From NCBI GenBank assembly GCA_026770705.1, contig JANJGN010000026.1, positions 35,030,001 through 35,094,000 on the forward strand: DNA of 64,000 bases, written 5' to 3'. The stretch is from Isurus oxyrinchus (lineage: Eukaryota). Position numbers and translations under genes: made by a program. Positions 49,991 to 63,539 of the stretch are shown in pieces (positions within the stretch are counted from its first letter, which is position 1; each line of letters opens with the position of its first letter). The notes below the pieces were generated by a model. It saw only the letters and a program-made list of their open reading frames with translations, did not search any database and had not been told where the DNA came from.

Positions 49991-50269
49991 TTAAAAAGCC
50001 AAAAAGAATGGTAAAGAGTATTCTGAACAAACTAATCATGTCTCCAGATGAGGTGTGAATGGATCCTTGGCGGCTGCCCAAATGTAATATGAAGGGATAA
50101 AGAAAGAAACGAGACAAGAACGAACCAGCAAAAAAAAACATGAAAACGATGGAGGCAGAGGTCATCATCTATAATTGAACACAATGTTAAATACAGAAGG
50201 CTGTAAAGAACATTGAAAAATAGCAGCATTGCTTTGAAATTGGTATCAGTGCTTTTACACTTTGTTGCA

Positions 50270-50700
50270 TATTGTCAGCCCTGGTTCAGTTGGTGACACA
50301 CTCCCAGCAGCATCAAAATGTTCTGGGTTCAACCTCACTCCAGGACTTGAGCACAAAAATCAATGCTGACGCTCAGGTGAATCACTGGAGGAGAATTACA
50401 TCAGGTGACGTATTTTGGATGAGGCATTAACACGATCTACACCTCTCTGCTCAGGTGAATGTAAAATATCTCATGACACTCTTTGTAAGAAAAGCATGGG
50501 AATTATCCAATTTTCATCCCTCAATCAACATCACACAAACTGGCTATCCCATTGCTATATGTCAGTTTGCTGTATGGACATTAACGACAACAGCTCCTAA
50601 ATTACAACAATGATCACACTTCAACAAGCGCTTCAATGGCGATAAGTTCTTTGATACGTCCATTAATTGGGGAAAATGCTAACTGAATGTAAGGTTATTT
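50270..50700 (+). mobile_element. Probable tRNA-derived SINE
   Basis: A/B-box-like head (tggttcagttggt..gggttcaacct). Confidence 0.45.
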
Positions 50701-51319
50701 CCTTCTTTCATTATCATTTACGGTGCAATTACCACTATTGACATATTGAAACATCAGCAAGAAAGGTTCGTTATGCACACATCTGGGTAAGGTTCAAAGC
50801 ATATTTTCGGACTGAAATAATGAAATTCCTCTTTACACACAGTGTGAGAGCAAAGTGAAACAAGGTTTCACTCACACTGGAGGAGAGAAACAGATCAGAA
50901 TTGATGGATTTTACAAAGAAAGGCGAGAATTAGGGTCTCCCTGGAAAAGCGAACAACACCAAGAAGGAGGGAAAATCTATTCTCATTTGTAACTAAACTG
51001 TAAAATACAACTTGCCGGATTCAGCAAAAGTAAAAACACCTCGCAATTATTAGTATACAAGAGGGCAATGTGAACTACTGGGTGTAGGCACCGCAATATG
51101 AGCTCAGAGAGTGTAGGCAGGTCTCCGTCAAAGACAGTGAGTATGGGTGGCCCGGTGTGAGCTCAGAGAGCGTGAACTGTCTCAGTGAGAAACACTGAGT
51201 GTAGGCAGCCCAGTGTGAACTCAGAGAGTGTGAGCTGGTGTCCTGGAGAAAGACTGAGTTTTGGTGCTGCCTGTGAGTTGAGGGGCAAGGAAAGCGTTGC
51301 TTCAATTAAATAGAAGATT

Positions 51320-51830
51320 GGTTAGGTCACACCTAGAGTACTGTGTGCAGTTTTGTCCCCCTTAACTCAGAGATAGCTCTCGAGGTAGTGCAGCGAAGGT
51401 TCACCAGACTTGTTCCTGGAATGTTGATACTGTCTTATGAGGAGAGATTGGGGAAACTGGGCCTGTATTCTCTAAAGTTTCGAAGAATGAGAGGTGATCT
51501 GATCTGAAACCTACAGAACACTTAAAATAATAGACAGGGTACATGCAGGTAAGATGTTTCCCCCCACTGGAGAGTCTAGAACCAAGGGACACAATTTTAA
51601 AATAATGGGGAAGCGACCAATGGCAAAGATGAGTGGAAATTTCTTTACTCTGAGAGTTGCAAATCTTTGGAATTCTCCACCCCAGAGGGCCATGAAAGTT
51701 CAGTCTTTGAGTGTAGTTAAGGTACAATTGATAGATTTCCGATTAACAATAACATAAGGGGTTATGGAGATAGTATGGGTAAAAGCCAGGGCAGGCTCGA
51801 CAGGCTGAATGGCCTTCTCCTGTTCCTATT
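51320..51830 (+). mobile_element. CR1 3' fragment separating the family-F promoter repeats from the gene
   Basis: SRTKGHNFKI..FFTLRVANLWNS. Confidence 0.8.
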
Positions 51831-52038
51831 GTAAGCTGCCATTAGTGAGAAGCATGGAAAGTGGAAGCTCCAGGGTAGGCACATTCCGAGCACATGTTCT
51901 TTCGGTTTTCCACACGAAGAAACCTCTGAGTTTGGTCTGAAGCGGGGGTCTGGCTGATTGTTAATTCTCCTGAATCTGCTCTCGTGCCCTGGTTCTCCGT
52001 GGACAATTTGGTCTACAAGCATTTCATCCGGTTCAATA

Positions 52039-52379
52039 ATGTTCCAGATTTACTGGGTTTTCCTGATGGTTTATGCACTTGTCAAGTGAAGCTGAGGTTG
52101 TGCAGCTCCCTGGGCGGCTGGTTCTCAGTGACGTGGGAATCGTATCCATGAACTGCTCGGCTACCATCTCGTACTGGGACAGACTCCGCCCGTAACAGCC
52201 CCTCCAGCATCTGGTTATGGCCACATGTGGTACCGATCAACAAGGAAGGATCACTGTTGCAATCCGGTGAGTCAATAAATTTAGCACAATGACCTTGAGG
52301 GACATCCGAATGACAGACAGCGCCACCTATCTCTGTGCCGTGAGGCCACAGAGTAGCAAATAGAATCCGTACAGAAACC
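52039..52379 (+). pseudogene. Single-exon family-F V pseudogene
   Basis: MFQIYWVFLMV.. leader continuous with EVVQLPGRLVLSDVGIVSMNC; stops and deletions; DSATYLCAVR. CACAGAG-17-ACAGAAACC. Confidence 0.82.
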
Positions 52380-53459
52380 CTGTGGGAGAGCTCCTCTGCT
52401 GTGTTTTGGCATATCCGGTAATAATAATGGAAATCTATAGTGCATGAGCTTAAAATAGAAAATAGTGAAGAGAGAGAGATCAAAAAGTGCGAAATAAAGA
52501 TAAATGGAAACCCAGGCAGGGAAAACAGAGGAGCAAACATGGAAAGGGAGATTGAGAGCAAGAATGGGTAGAAACGTTTGCCAATTCATTTCAGGGAAAG
52601 GACATTAACAAAATAAGAAAAGATGAACAAAGGAAAGTGCAAATAACTAGTGGGAAAAGTAAATGTAGAAGTAAACCTTGAAGGAAAAGATGTAACAACC
52701 AGAAAACTGCATTTTCCTTTAAACTCCCATCCCCCCAGGAGATATTTCAATTGCCTGAAATAGGTCTCTGAATAAAAGGCTGGAAGCTGCCGGAAGATGT
52801 TGATTCCTTTGTGAGGTACATTTCTCCAGCCTCTATTCATTCTATCAGGAAAGAATTTTACTGGATTCGAACACCCAGCGCCTGATATGTTCCTTTCCAG
52901 AGCCACTGGCAGAAAGCGACAGGTTTCCTCATACACATGGAGGAGAGGAACTTGCTGGTCTTCAGACAACTGGCCTGTTCAGGTGTGAGCCGCTGGGCTA
53001 GGGAGCAGCAGATCAACAAACTGCTTCTTTCATCGTGTGAACAATAGTTACAACCAACCCAGAAGCAGAAATTCCACGTGACTTGAAATTGGTTCCTTTA
53101 GGTATCTGGTAATGTGTTTACCCGATATGTGTTCATCTAATGCCAGCTGTTTCATGTTTGCTTATTGACCTGTAAACTTAAGGATGTATCTAGTATTCCT
53201 CATTCTGGCGCTGCTGAGATGTAGGTACAGGAACTGTACTCAGTAACAAACAGTCCTTCTTTCTTTATTCTGGTTGCTTCAGTGCTTCATTGTTTGCATA
53301 TTCTTTACAGTCGATATCTCTCGTACCGATAAATAAATATTATTTTATTCTACTAAATTGCTCTGATAACAAATTACAATTTTTTGACTGATTTCACTTG
53401 TATCACTCGCACTTCGAATACCCGTGAGCTGGTTGTTCCCTCAGTCTCCATGTCGAGAG

Positions 53460-53778
53460 TGTCTATGTACAAGATTCTCACCTATTGGTTTCCCGTGTCT
53501 CACTGCACTGTAATACACCGCATTGTCTGATAGCCGGACTATGATAACGGTGAGAGTGATGGAGCATTTCTCACTGCTCCAGGATACTTTAAACCTTCCC
53601 GCAACTATTTCATCTCTGAGTGTGGGGACATAATACTAGGGAGCTCGATTGGACAATTGCCGGTAACAGAATCCAAGATCACCGGTAGCGAAAGTAGCAG
53701 AATGATGAAGTGAAATAGTTTGTCCTTCACTTCCCCCACACACCGAGATCCGAAATGTCTCCGACTTACAAACAACAG
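53460..53778 (-). pseudogene. TCR V pseudogene, family G (leader not seen; may lie in the gap)
   Basis: cgcag|..SEGQTISLH..FCYRQLSNRAP*..GRFKVSW..ITLTV..LSDNAVYYSAVR. CACGGGA-22-ACATAGACA. Confidence 0.7.
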
Positions 53779-53888
53779 CTGCGAGAACAAGAATAAAATT
53801 AGCATCATGATATGTAAAAGGAACATAATTATATGAAATTATATAAATCTATAATTGTTTTTGCATAATAAACTGATATATCTTCCTC

Positions 53889-54580
53889 NNNNNNNNNNNN
53901 NNNNNNNNNNNNNNNNNNNNNNNNNNNNNNNNNNNNNNNNNNNNNNNNNNNNNNNNNNNNNNNNNNNNNNNNNNNNNNNNNNNNNNNNNNNNNNNNNNNN
54001 NNNNNNNNNNNNNNNNNNNNNNNNNNNNNNNNNNNNNNNNNNNNNNNNNNNNNNNNNNNNNNNNNNNNNNNNNNNNNNNNNNNNNNNNNNNNNNNNNNNN
54101 NNNNNNNNNNNNNNNNNNNNNNNNNNNNNNNNNNNNNNNNNNNNNNNNNNNNNNNNNNNNNNNNNNNNNNNNNNNNNNNNNNNNNNNNNNNNNNNNNNNN
54201 NNNNNNNNNNNNNNNNNNNNNNNNNNNNNNNNNNNNNNNNNNNNNNNNNNNNNNNNNNNNNNNNNNNNNNNNNNNNNNNNNNNNNNNNNNNNNNNNNNNN
54301 NNNNNNNNNNNNNNNNNNNNNNNNNNNNNNNNNNNNNNNNNNNNNNNNNNNNNNNNNNNNNNNNNNNNNNNNNNNNNNNNNNNNNNNNNNNNNNNNNNNN
54401 NNNNNNNNNNNNNNNNNNNNNNNNNNNNNNNNNNNNNNNNNNNNNNNNNNNNNNNNNNNNNNNNNNNNNNNNNNNNNNNNNNNNNNNNNNNNNNNNNNNN
54501 NNNNNNNNNNNNNNNNNNNNNNNNNNNNNNNNNNNNNNNNNNNNNNNNNNNNNNNNNNNNNNNNNNNNNNNNNNNNNNNN
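53889..54580. other. Assembly gap
   Basis: Run of N. Confidence 0.99.
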
Positions 54581-54859
54581 TCTCCTTGCTTATGTTTCGT
54601 TTTCTCGTTTATGTACCTATCTAGGTATATGAGAGTCACATACCTTTGTCTGTCCATATCTTTACCTCGTATGTTCTATAACCAAGTTTTACTTAATATG
54701 TTTCTGGGCGCCGTATCTACAGCAACAGCCTTGGAATTTTCTAACTTTATCCAGATGGAAGTTTGAAAATGAGAAAGTAACGTTTCTGACCATCGCCGGC
54801 ATTTCAAAAGGCCCCGTTTGGGTAAAAGTTAAAGGTGCAGCGGAGAAGGGCAGTGAACA

Positions 54860-55328
54860 AGATATTGTACGGCCTGATCCGCTCTATGTCTCACTGTGTC
54901 TGCTTCACGCAGTGATAGATTCCGGCGTCCTGGACGGCTGTGTTGTCTATAGAGATGGTGTTGAAATTCTTCACTCGATCAAAGAACAATGCGGAGCGTC
55001 CTTCTGTCACGCTCTCCTGAAATTAGGAGCCAATAAGTTTCGGAGCCCCTGACAGTGTTTGCCTGTACCAGGCTACTGTATGACCAGAGCCAATAGAGAG
55101 CCGACAGCTCATTTCAACCCGTTCCCCTTCCCGACACACCATCTGCTCAGGGTGGGAGTGCTGATCCTCAAACTGAACGGCTGTAAACAGAGGGAAAATT
55201 CCACAAACTACGACAGGGTATTAAGAGATTGGTTAGCCAATGCATCTGACTAGGTAAATAAACTCACACAATATCCAGAGCATCAGGGACCCTATTGTAA
55301 ACAGGCCTTTGCAGGGGTTTCTGTTCAT
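54860..55328 (-). pseudogene. TCR V, family H, disabled by a single stop (leader 55268-55328, exon 54899-55180)
   Basis: MNRNPCKGLFTIGSLMLWIL|gtgagt..ag|SVQFEDQHSHPEQMVCREGERVEMSCRLSIGSGHTVAWYRQTLSGAPKLIGS*FQES..DAGIYHCVKQ. RSS CACAGTG-23-ACAATATCT. Confidence 0.85.
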
Positions 55329-56299
55329 GATGACGAAGATGAACAAAAGGCGGATCCATCAGGGTCTGATTTCCAAGCTGGAACTTCCTGCCAAGCCCAG
55401 GGTTCGCTATGGTGGAGAGGAGGGGGAGAGAGCGAGCTTCACATCCTCCTCTTATAGTGAATGACTGATGAGTGATTTTCTCACCAATCGACTTATTATT
55501 GGTTGCTGTCATCAGGCGTCATTCAGTACATCACGCAGGGACTGGCTGTCTCAATGCAGAGAACTCTTGACCGGTCACTGGGAATGAATTTTTCCTTCTC
55601 TTTACAACAATAGATTATTTTATTTAGGTTGATTGGATCTCTGGGGTATTTTTAACGTCAATGGTCATCGCCGGCTCAAAATCATTTAATTTAGCAGGGT
55701 TGTTTGCTGGTTCCTCATTGCCTGTAAATAATTTTACTTCTTTGCCTTTAAATCCACATTTGCTTCATATTTGCTTTCTGTACCAGTGCAGTTTATATTT
55801 ATCACGCCGCCTCAATGCTCTTTGGACACTATGGTTTCATTGAATGAGACAAACGTAAACTACATTTCCTGATTGACTTTCACTCCGATATCAATGCGAG
55901 AACTCCAGGCTGACATTCACGCGCCTGGAGGTGTTTACACGTAACTGCGCGCTTGCCGAATTTGTGCAATCCTGTATTCACCCCACTGTTCCGCGTTTTA
56001 CTGCGGAGGGAATGTTTCCTTTAAGGGGAGATTGACCCACCAGACATCAAGACCAACAAGATAAAAATATCAGAATGATGGAGGGAATCAGAGAAACCAA
56101 CTGTCTGCAGCTCTCCTTGATTGGTGGGGAACTGTCATTATCTCCAACAGACCAGCCAATCCTCTCTCGGGTAACCACTCCTCTATTTCTAAAAAAGTGA
56201 GATCTGATCCTGATGTGGGTTGAACTTTAATATCAGACCAGAGGGATCAACATATTTAGAATAACCTGTGGTTTTCTGTTGCGCTCGATATCAGGCACC

Positions 56300-56776
56300 A
56301 TGTGCTCCCCATGTTCGTTACTGATAATGATGGTCTTGCTGCCTGGTCACTCTATGTCTACATTGTCAGTGTGTTTACAGAGGTTATATTTCCTCACTGA
56401 CTTTTGAAAAATTCTGCATTTGTGTTACGGGAACGAGTGGCGTGGATTCAGTGTCCCAAGATCCGTCTGAATGAATGATTCTGGAAGGACAGAGCATAGC
56501 ATTGGACTGCAGTTACTCGACAACCGACCCTGCCCAAACTCTGTCCTGGTACAACCAGCATCCTGGCGAAGCTCCGAGATATTTACTGAAAATATAAAGT
56601 TGGGGGATGAAGAGCAGTCTCCAAACTTAACAGACAGGTTCTCTGCTGATTTGCACATAGGAAACAAAACTGTTCATTTAAATTTCTCCGGGGCTCTTCT
56701 CTCCGACAACGCCGTGTATTTCTGTGCCATAGAACCCAAACTGCTATAGAGATATAGCAGGTCCGGAGCAAAAACC
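56300..56776 (+). pseudogene. TCR V pseudogene, family E
   Basis: Leader MCSPCSLLIMMVLLP; acceptor mutated; frameshifts; DRFSADLHIGNKTVHLNFSGALLSDNAVYFCAIEP. CAAACTG-24-GCAAAAACC. CTCF-like motif at 56799-56814. Confidence 0.85.
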
Positions 56777-57679
56777 CCACTGGGAATTCCAGTTTGTGCT
56801 CAGCAGAGGGCGCTCACACACCGCGAAACAGTAGCAATAAAGCATTCCCCACAGTGAGGGTCACAGGACTTCCTAAAAGATGCATTAAGAACATCAATGT
56901 TTGCGGAATTGTATTAGCTGATTTCAACTCCAGCTTGTGCCACAATCGATTTTCATAAATCTATTTGATTACTTTCATTAACTTGTTGCCTTTTGATGCC
57001 ATTTCTGTGCCTGTCTATTATATTGAACAACCCTTTCCCCGTCTCCCCTGTCGGTTTCATCGTCCGCGGCCTGTTCACAGGGTTTGTTTGATCAGAGTGT
57101 GTTGCTGGGTCGGAGACAGTTTATACACAACGAGCGCAGCTCACCAGGCAGTAACTATGATCTCTAAAACAAATCTCAGGTACAGAGTTCACCCGCTGAC
57201 CACTGAGCTTCAGAATGTTCCCTTAATGCTGGAAGCTTTTCTGTCGCTATTAAAATCCAGAGCTTTCTGGTGATAATGAACAGAGCAAAGTTTAATTCCA
57301 CCCACACCTGTCTCGAAAAGTGCAACTGTTCCTCTACCTGACTGTAGTCCAGCTCGGGGTGTTTCACTGTCAGTCAGCTGACCACCGAAGGATCTCACAG
57401 ACCCATGGAGACAGAAGGAAGTGAGATGAAAGCTACCTGAGACATAGCAACAATCTATTGAGGGTGGGGATTAGAAGAGGTAAGTCCAAATCTGATTCTG
57501 TGATGATATGCCGGTCGAATGGACTCTGCAGTTTGTTCTGTTGGCCGCTCCTGAAAACAGTTGGTGACAGTTTGATCCGAGGTTAATGTGGTTTTCTTTC
57601 CGTTTGTGTCTAAGCGACTGACAGCGCCGCTGAACATTGTGGCTGTACCTGCCCGAGACTCGATACAACCCTCAACCGA

Positions 57680-58070
57680 TAGGGATTCCCAGAATGGAAT
57701 GAATGGAGTTTCACGAAGAAGGACATACATATTGAGAAGTGATCTAATGATGAGGAGCGGACTGAAATGGTTACGCAGGATGGTTCTTCTCTCTGAATGC
57801 TGCAGCCCGAGAAATCCTCTGTCAGAGCAGAAATACTGAGCCCCGCCCCACTGAACTGCTGACCCAAACAATGCCAACCGGAACAGAGGCAGCAATCGGT
57901 CCAATAATACAGGGCAGGCAAAGCGGGTCAGAGAGACGGCTGCAAACGGGAAGCTGTGGGCGGAGCTACAGCAGACTGTTATCACACATCGGACCCATTT
58001 GTCAGGAGCTGAAATCAATAATAACAATAATACCACGTTCGAAAATGATGTAACTCTGTCTCTCTATGAG
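57680..58070 (-). pseudogene. Orphan family-D promoter and leader
   Basis: Paralog of 10850-11230. Confidence 0.6.
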
Positions 58071-58561
58071 AACTGCTGTACTTTCACATTCATTCCATAC
58101 TGGGCAGAATAGGATGAATACAGGCATATCAGGATGAGTAAGTTATTCAGTAATAAAGGGAATCCACGTCAGCAACCTCGGATAAAACTGGGCCTGAATC
58201 TATGGGCAGCTGCGTTAGTCTGAGGTAATTTACAACAAGTATCAATGGCCTGAAATGTTTAATGTAAAGACTGGAAGAAGAGAATGGCTGAAATTATTCA
58301 TAACGAGTGAAGGCAGAGACTGAGAAAGAACAAGTCGGCAGGGACGGGCATCCAAGGAAAAGAAAGGTGTGTAAAAGCACCACAGATCGATTCACGATGT
58401 TCATTTTTCTTATAGGCTCGAGTTGAAATCGCATGTTGATATTACTGCTGAAGTGGTCATTGTTGGATCTTGGAGGGGGTTGTGTTTTGTTGCAATTTTG
58501 CGATGGTCCCTGAGACTCTCGCTGTGGAGGCGGGATTATTTAATCTGTTTATTGGTGTCAG

Positions 58562-58641
58562 AGCACCTTCTGCTGAGCACTAACTGGAACTCTCGGTGTT
58601 AGGTTTTTGTACTGGATCCGCTATATCTCTGCAGCAGTGTG
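58562..58641 (-). other. RSS with 24-bp spacer plus adjacent CTCF-like motif
   Basis: CACACTG-24-ACAAAAACC at 58602-58641; CTCAGCAGAAGGTGCT at 58562-58577. Confidence 0.8.
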
Positions 58642-59140
58642 GGTTGCGTGGCACAGAAATATACCGCACTGTCAGAGATCAGGACGTTGCAGATCATTAG
58701 CTCGGTAACCTTAGCTGTTTTATTCAACGTAGCTGAAAAGCGGTCGGGAATGTCGGTGTGTCTGTTTACCTCCCCTCCCAGGATACGGAGCATGTACTTT
58801 GGAGGCTGCCCAAGGCGCTGACTGTACCAGTACACATAAGGGTTAGAATCGCTTGTTTTCAAGGTGCAAGTTAGGGTAGCATTTCTTTCTTCTTCCGCCC
58901 TTATTTCAGCAACCCGTTGTTCCACTGTGTCTGGGTGGCTCCATTCTAACGTGAAAATATAGTAAAAACAACAATTAGCCTCAGCCTCATTTTAATCAAC
59001 ATAATCATCATCATCAGTTTTTTCTTACCAACAATAGCATCTGGGCTACATTGTCAGGAGGAGAATCTAGTTTTTCCAGGAAGGAAATACTTACTGAGAA
59101 GTGAGATAATGATGAGGAGCGGAGCGAGACGGTTCCCCAT
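58642..59140 (-). CDS. TRAV: TCR alpha/delta V segment, family D, apparently functional (leader 59095-59140, V exon 58642-58945)
   Basis: MGNRLAPLLIIISLL|gtaagt..ag|KWSHPDTVEQRVAEIRAEEERNATLTCTLKTSDSNPYVYWYSQ..DRFSA..DSAVYFCATQP, no stops. Confidence 0.88.
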
Positions 59141-60594
59141 TATACCTCCTGAGTCTGTGACTTTGCGGTGTGAGAAATCCTCTATCGGAGCAGAAATACA
59201 GATCCCCGTCCCACTGCACTGCTGATCCAACCAATGACAGGAAAGGAGCAGCTGCAGCAAACTTTCCAATAACACAATCGTTCCGAGCAAAATGAGCAAA
59301 CGGAAGCTATGGGCGGGATACCGCAGACTCAGTATTGAGTGAAGTGTGCGGTGACTCTCAGCTGCACATGGAACTGGTGGAGCGGAAATAGCGACGGTTG
59401 AATCTGCAGAATTCTCTGACCATCCTGCACCTGCTCACTGTTCCACTGACTGAGAACAAACAAGATGGGAGGGACAGGAAGGGCTTAGAATCTTAGAGGA
59501 AGGACTGAGGCAATTCGGCCAATCATGTCTAGGCCTCATTGAAAGAGTTATGTAATTCATCTTTCGTCCCCGCATGTCCCACAGAGCCGGATATTTTGCA
59601 GTGGTTCCAGCTCTAAAAAAGTGGCAGTGTAGTAGTGAATATAATCTTTCCCTATCTTTTTTGTTCTCAAAATGGTGGCCTTGTATTTTCGAATTTTCTG
59701 CTAATGGAAACAGTTATATGCAATCCAATACATCCAACTTCTTATCATTTTCAATATTTCGATTAAATGTGTCCTTTAATAATTTGGCAGAAGAAGGCTA
59801 ACATCAGTTTCTCTAGCCTTCTCACATTGAAGGCCGTCAGCCCCCAGTCTACTTTCTCCAATATTTTGACATTCATGTAAATGGCATTTCTTTGGCGGCT
59901 AAACAGTGATTTACAAAGGATTATCATTACTTTCCGCCATAAACATCAACAAAGATAAGGACCGAGTCTGATTAGATCCAATTTGGATTTCTGAGAGAAC
60001 AGACCTGACATTGGTGTTTTGACATGTGAATCAGTAAACCCGAAATCCACCCGATGGCCCCAGTTCTCAACCGGATTGAACAGAATCCGCCAGCAGAGGG
60101 CGCCACACCAAAGCGTGCTAATTATAAAGGCACGTGTCACCAACGCCACAGCCAATAAGGATGGTATCCTGAGTGAAGTCTCTCAGAGTAAGGGGTCGCG
60201 AATTTAAGACAGAGATGAAGAGAAATTTCTTCTCTCAGAGGATGGTGAATCTGTGGAATTGTTTACCACAGAGGGCTGAAGAGGCTGGCTCGTTAAATAT
60301 ATCCAAGGCTGAGATGGACAGACGTTTAATCAGTAAGTGAATCAAAGGTTATGGGGAAAAGGTAGGAAAGCGGAGGTGCGGATTATCAGATCAGCCATGC
60401 CCTAATTGAATGGCGGAGATGGCTCGATGGGCCGAATGGCCTACTTCTGCTCTTTTGGTTTTTTGGTCGCGATGGGCCTGGCCCCCTGCAGTGTGTGGAA
60501 TGAACAATGAGATGAACAGAGCCCGGGTTTCAGCTCTCCTTCTCAATCCCTGGATCATTCCATTCACATTCACTGAGAGAGATTCACTCAGACG

Positions 60595-61085
60595 TGTTTC
60601 TGATAATTCTGGCAGTTGTGTTCGACAGTAAGTACTGGATTATGTTTATCATTAGCAGATTGATCCAAACAGCTTGTACTGGGAATTAATGTAGGTAACG
60701 ATAGTTTGGTAAATGGGAATTTACGCACACTCATAGACCTGATACAAATTTAGGCCTCTCTTTAAGCTCCTGCTCTTTTCTTAATCTATCTTTACAGACG
60801 GACTTGTCCAGATCCAGTAACTCATTCACCAGTGACATTAACTGCGCCAGTTATGTACAGTATACAATGGTATCGGCAGAAGCCGGCACACCCTTCAAGT
60901 TCGGTAATCAGCAAGCAAATAGGACTGAAAATAGATGAAATCTCAGGACGATATCTGGCGGCTGCTCACGAGTCTAAGAAGTCTGGTTATCTCAATATAA
61001 GAGGCCTGAGTGTGGAGGACGGAGCAGACTATTGTTGTGCTGTGAGGCCGTGTCAGATATAAGCCGAAAACCCGCCCAGAAACCT
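60595..61085 (+). pseudogene. TCR V pseudogene, family A
   Basis: Start lost; FR1 deletion; QWYRQKPAH..YLNIRGLSVEDGADYCCAVR. Heptamer damaged. Confidence 0.8.
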
Positions 61086-61599
61086 CAGCGAGTAAGTTAA
61101 GTGTTTCTGATGTCGAAGTAGGACTTTAGTTTGTTCCCGGGCTCACAGAGAGCAAAACCTGACAGGTTTGCTTTGAAACATTTGTATTGCTGCCTTTGGC
61201 CTTGTCGAAATCAGCAGACAGCCGGCCTGGAAAATTTTGAATCTCGGCTCCATGGCCCGAGTTATAACTCTTCAGTAAATATCTCGGAGCTTACCCAGCA
61301 AATTGATGTACCAGCAGATGCAGAGAAAGCTCACAGATATGGAGTAACTATAGCTGATCATTACGGTCTGTTGTTACACACAGTTAACTCAAAGGGATCC
61401 AGGGACAATTGCTCGACAATACTCATTGCTGTAACAAAGCAAAGTGTGTCAAAATCTGGGATTGAATTTAACACATGAAATAGACTATAATTCTTTAAAT
61501 ATTGAATCACCAAGCAGCATGTCCATTATCAAAAAGCACCATAGAGGGCACGTCCTGCCTGGTATAGACTTCAACAGAAAGTAACTAAATTTCAAACGA

Positions 61600-62720
61600 A
61601 TGTTGAGGTGAATGGGTGAGGTGACATCAGGGCAGCAGTTGACTAAGTGTGGCATCAAGGAGCAGTAGCAATACGGGCGTCAATGGGAATCAGGAAGGAA
61701 ACACTCCGCTGGTTGGAGTCGTACCAAGCAGAAAGGAAGATGGTTGTGGTTGTTGCCGGATGATCACTGCAGGAGTTCCTAACGTAGAGTCCACGGCCCA
61801 ACCGTCTTCAGCTGCTTCATCAATGACTTTCCTTCCATCATAAGGTGAGGAGTGGGGGTGTTCGCTGATGATAGCATAATGTTCAGCACCATTCGTGACT
61901 CTTCAGATACTGAAGCAGACCATGTTCAAATGCAGCAAGACTTGGACAATATCCAGGCTTGGACTGACAAGTGGCAAGTAACATTCGCACCACACAAGTG
62001 CCAGGCAATCACCATCTCCAGCAAGAGAGAATCCAACCATTGTCCCTTGATGTTCAATGGCATTACAATCACTGAGCCCCCAGTATCAATATCCCGGGGG
62101 TTACCATTGACCAGAAACTGAACTGCACTGGCCATATAAATACAGTGGCTAAAAGAACAGACCAGGGTCTAGGAATCCTGCGGCAAGTAACTCACCTCCT
62201 GACTCCCTGTCCACCATCTACTAGACACAAGTCAGAAGTGTGATGGAATGCTCACCCATTGCCTGGATGTGTGCAGCTCCCACAGCACTAAAGAAGCTTG
62301 ACACCGTCCAGGACAAAGCAACCCACTTTATTGGCACCCCATCCACAATCATTTACCCCCTCCACAACCGACGAACAGTTGCAGCTGTGTGTACCATCTC
62401 CAAGATGCACAGAAGGAATTCACCAAGGCTGCTTAGGTAGCACCTTCCAAACCCTCGAATACTACCATCTAGAAGGACAAGGGCAGTAAAAGCATGGGAA
62501 CAGCAGCATCTGGGAATTTCCCCTCGAAGGAATTCACCATCCTGACCTGGAAATATATCGCTGTTCCTTCACTGCCGCTGGGTCAAAGCCCTGGAACTCG
62601 TTCCTTAACAGCACTGTGGGTGTACCTACACCACGGACTGCAACGGTTCAAGAAGGCAGCTCACCAGCACATTCTCAAGGGGAATTAGGGATGCGCAATG
62701 CATTTTGGCCTGGCCAGCAT
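61600..62720 (+). mobile_element. CR1/L2-clade LINE fragment (third copy in the duplicated unit)
   Basis: FADDS..QQDLDNIQAWTDKWQVTFAPHKC. Confidence 0.85.
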
Positions 62721-63539
62721 CCTGTAAAATGAACAAAAGTCACAATTTAGCGTCGTTCAAGGTAATATTATAATGGAAAGTACAGTCTAGCAGAAGATAA
62801 CGGATCGGGATAATGGATGTATGAAATATTGCTGTCAGAAATAGTGATCACTCTCACATGTGGGAAAAAGTAAGATATCCAAGGGTACAATCCCTAAAGT
62901 GAAGCTCAGATTCATGTGTCGGATGCTATCCATTTGTATAAAACAACTGTCAGAAGATTCAAGCCAAGATAGCCACCGGCTGAAGGAATCGCCGTTGTGT
63001 ATCAAACAGCCCAGCACCAGTTACACTGAGCGAGCCAGATTCGAGGCTCTGGGACTTGTGTTGAAGCTGAGAGGGAGCTTCGGCATTCATGGTGTCTGAG
63101 GTTGAAGGCTGCGAATGCGCCAGACCATCCATTATGTGACGTAAGTCTGTGGTCTGCGTGACATCACCTTGTAATCTTTGTGACATCCAACAATCAGTGT
63201 GACGTCAGTCGGTCTGGGTTGAGGGTCAGAAACATCTTTCCAGAAGCTGATCTGGATATTGAGACCTCAGTTTAAGGGAATTAAAAGCTGATCAGAAGCA
63301 GGAAAGGCGGTCTAACCTGCAGATTCATTTGGTGATGGATCAGTCGGACGGATCGGAATCTGCAGCTTGTTTTCTCGGCCTCTGTTGGAAACAGTTGGTG
63401 ACAGTTTCTCCGAGGTGAATGCGGTTTCATCTGGGTTCGTGTTTGAGCGGCCGACAGCGCCGATGAACATTGTGGCTGCACCTGCCCTGGATTCTGTACA
63501 AACCCCATCTGGCAGGAGCTGTCAGACAAAGCGCGAAGA

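Noticed and set aside
53839-54766. Long ORFs in the ORF track
   Set aside because: Artefacts of translating through the N gap.
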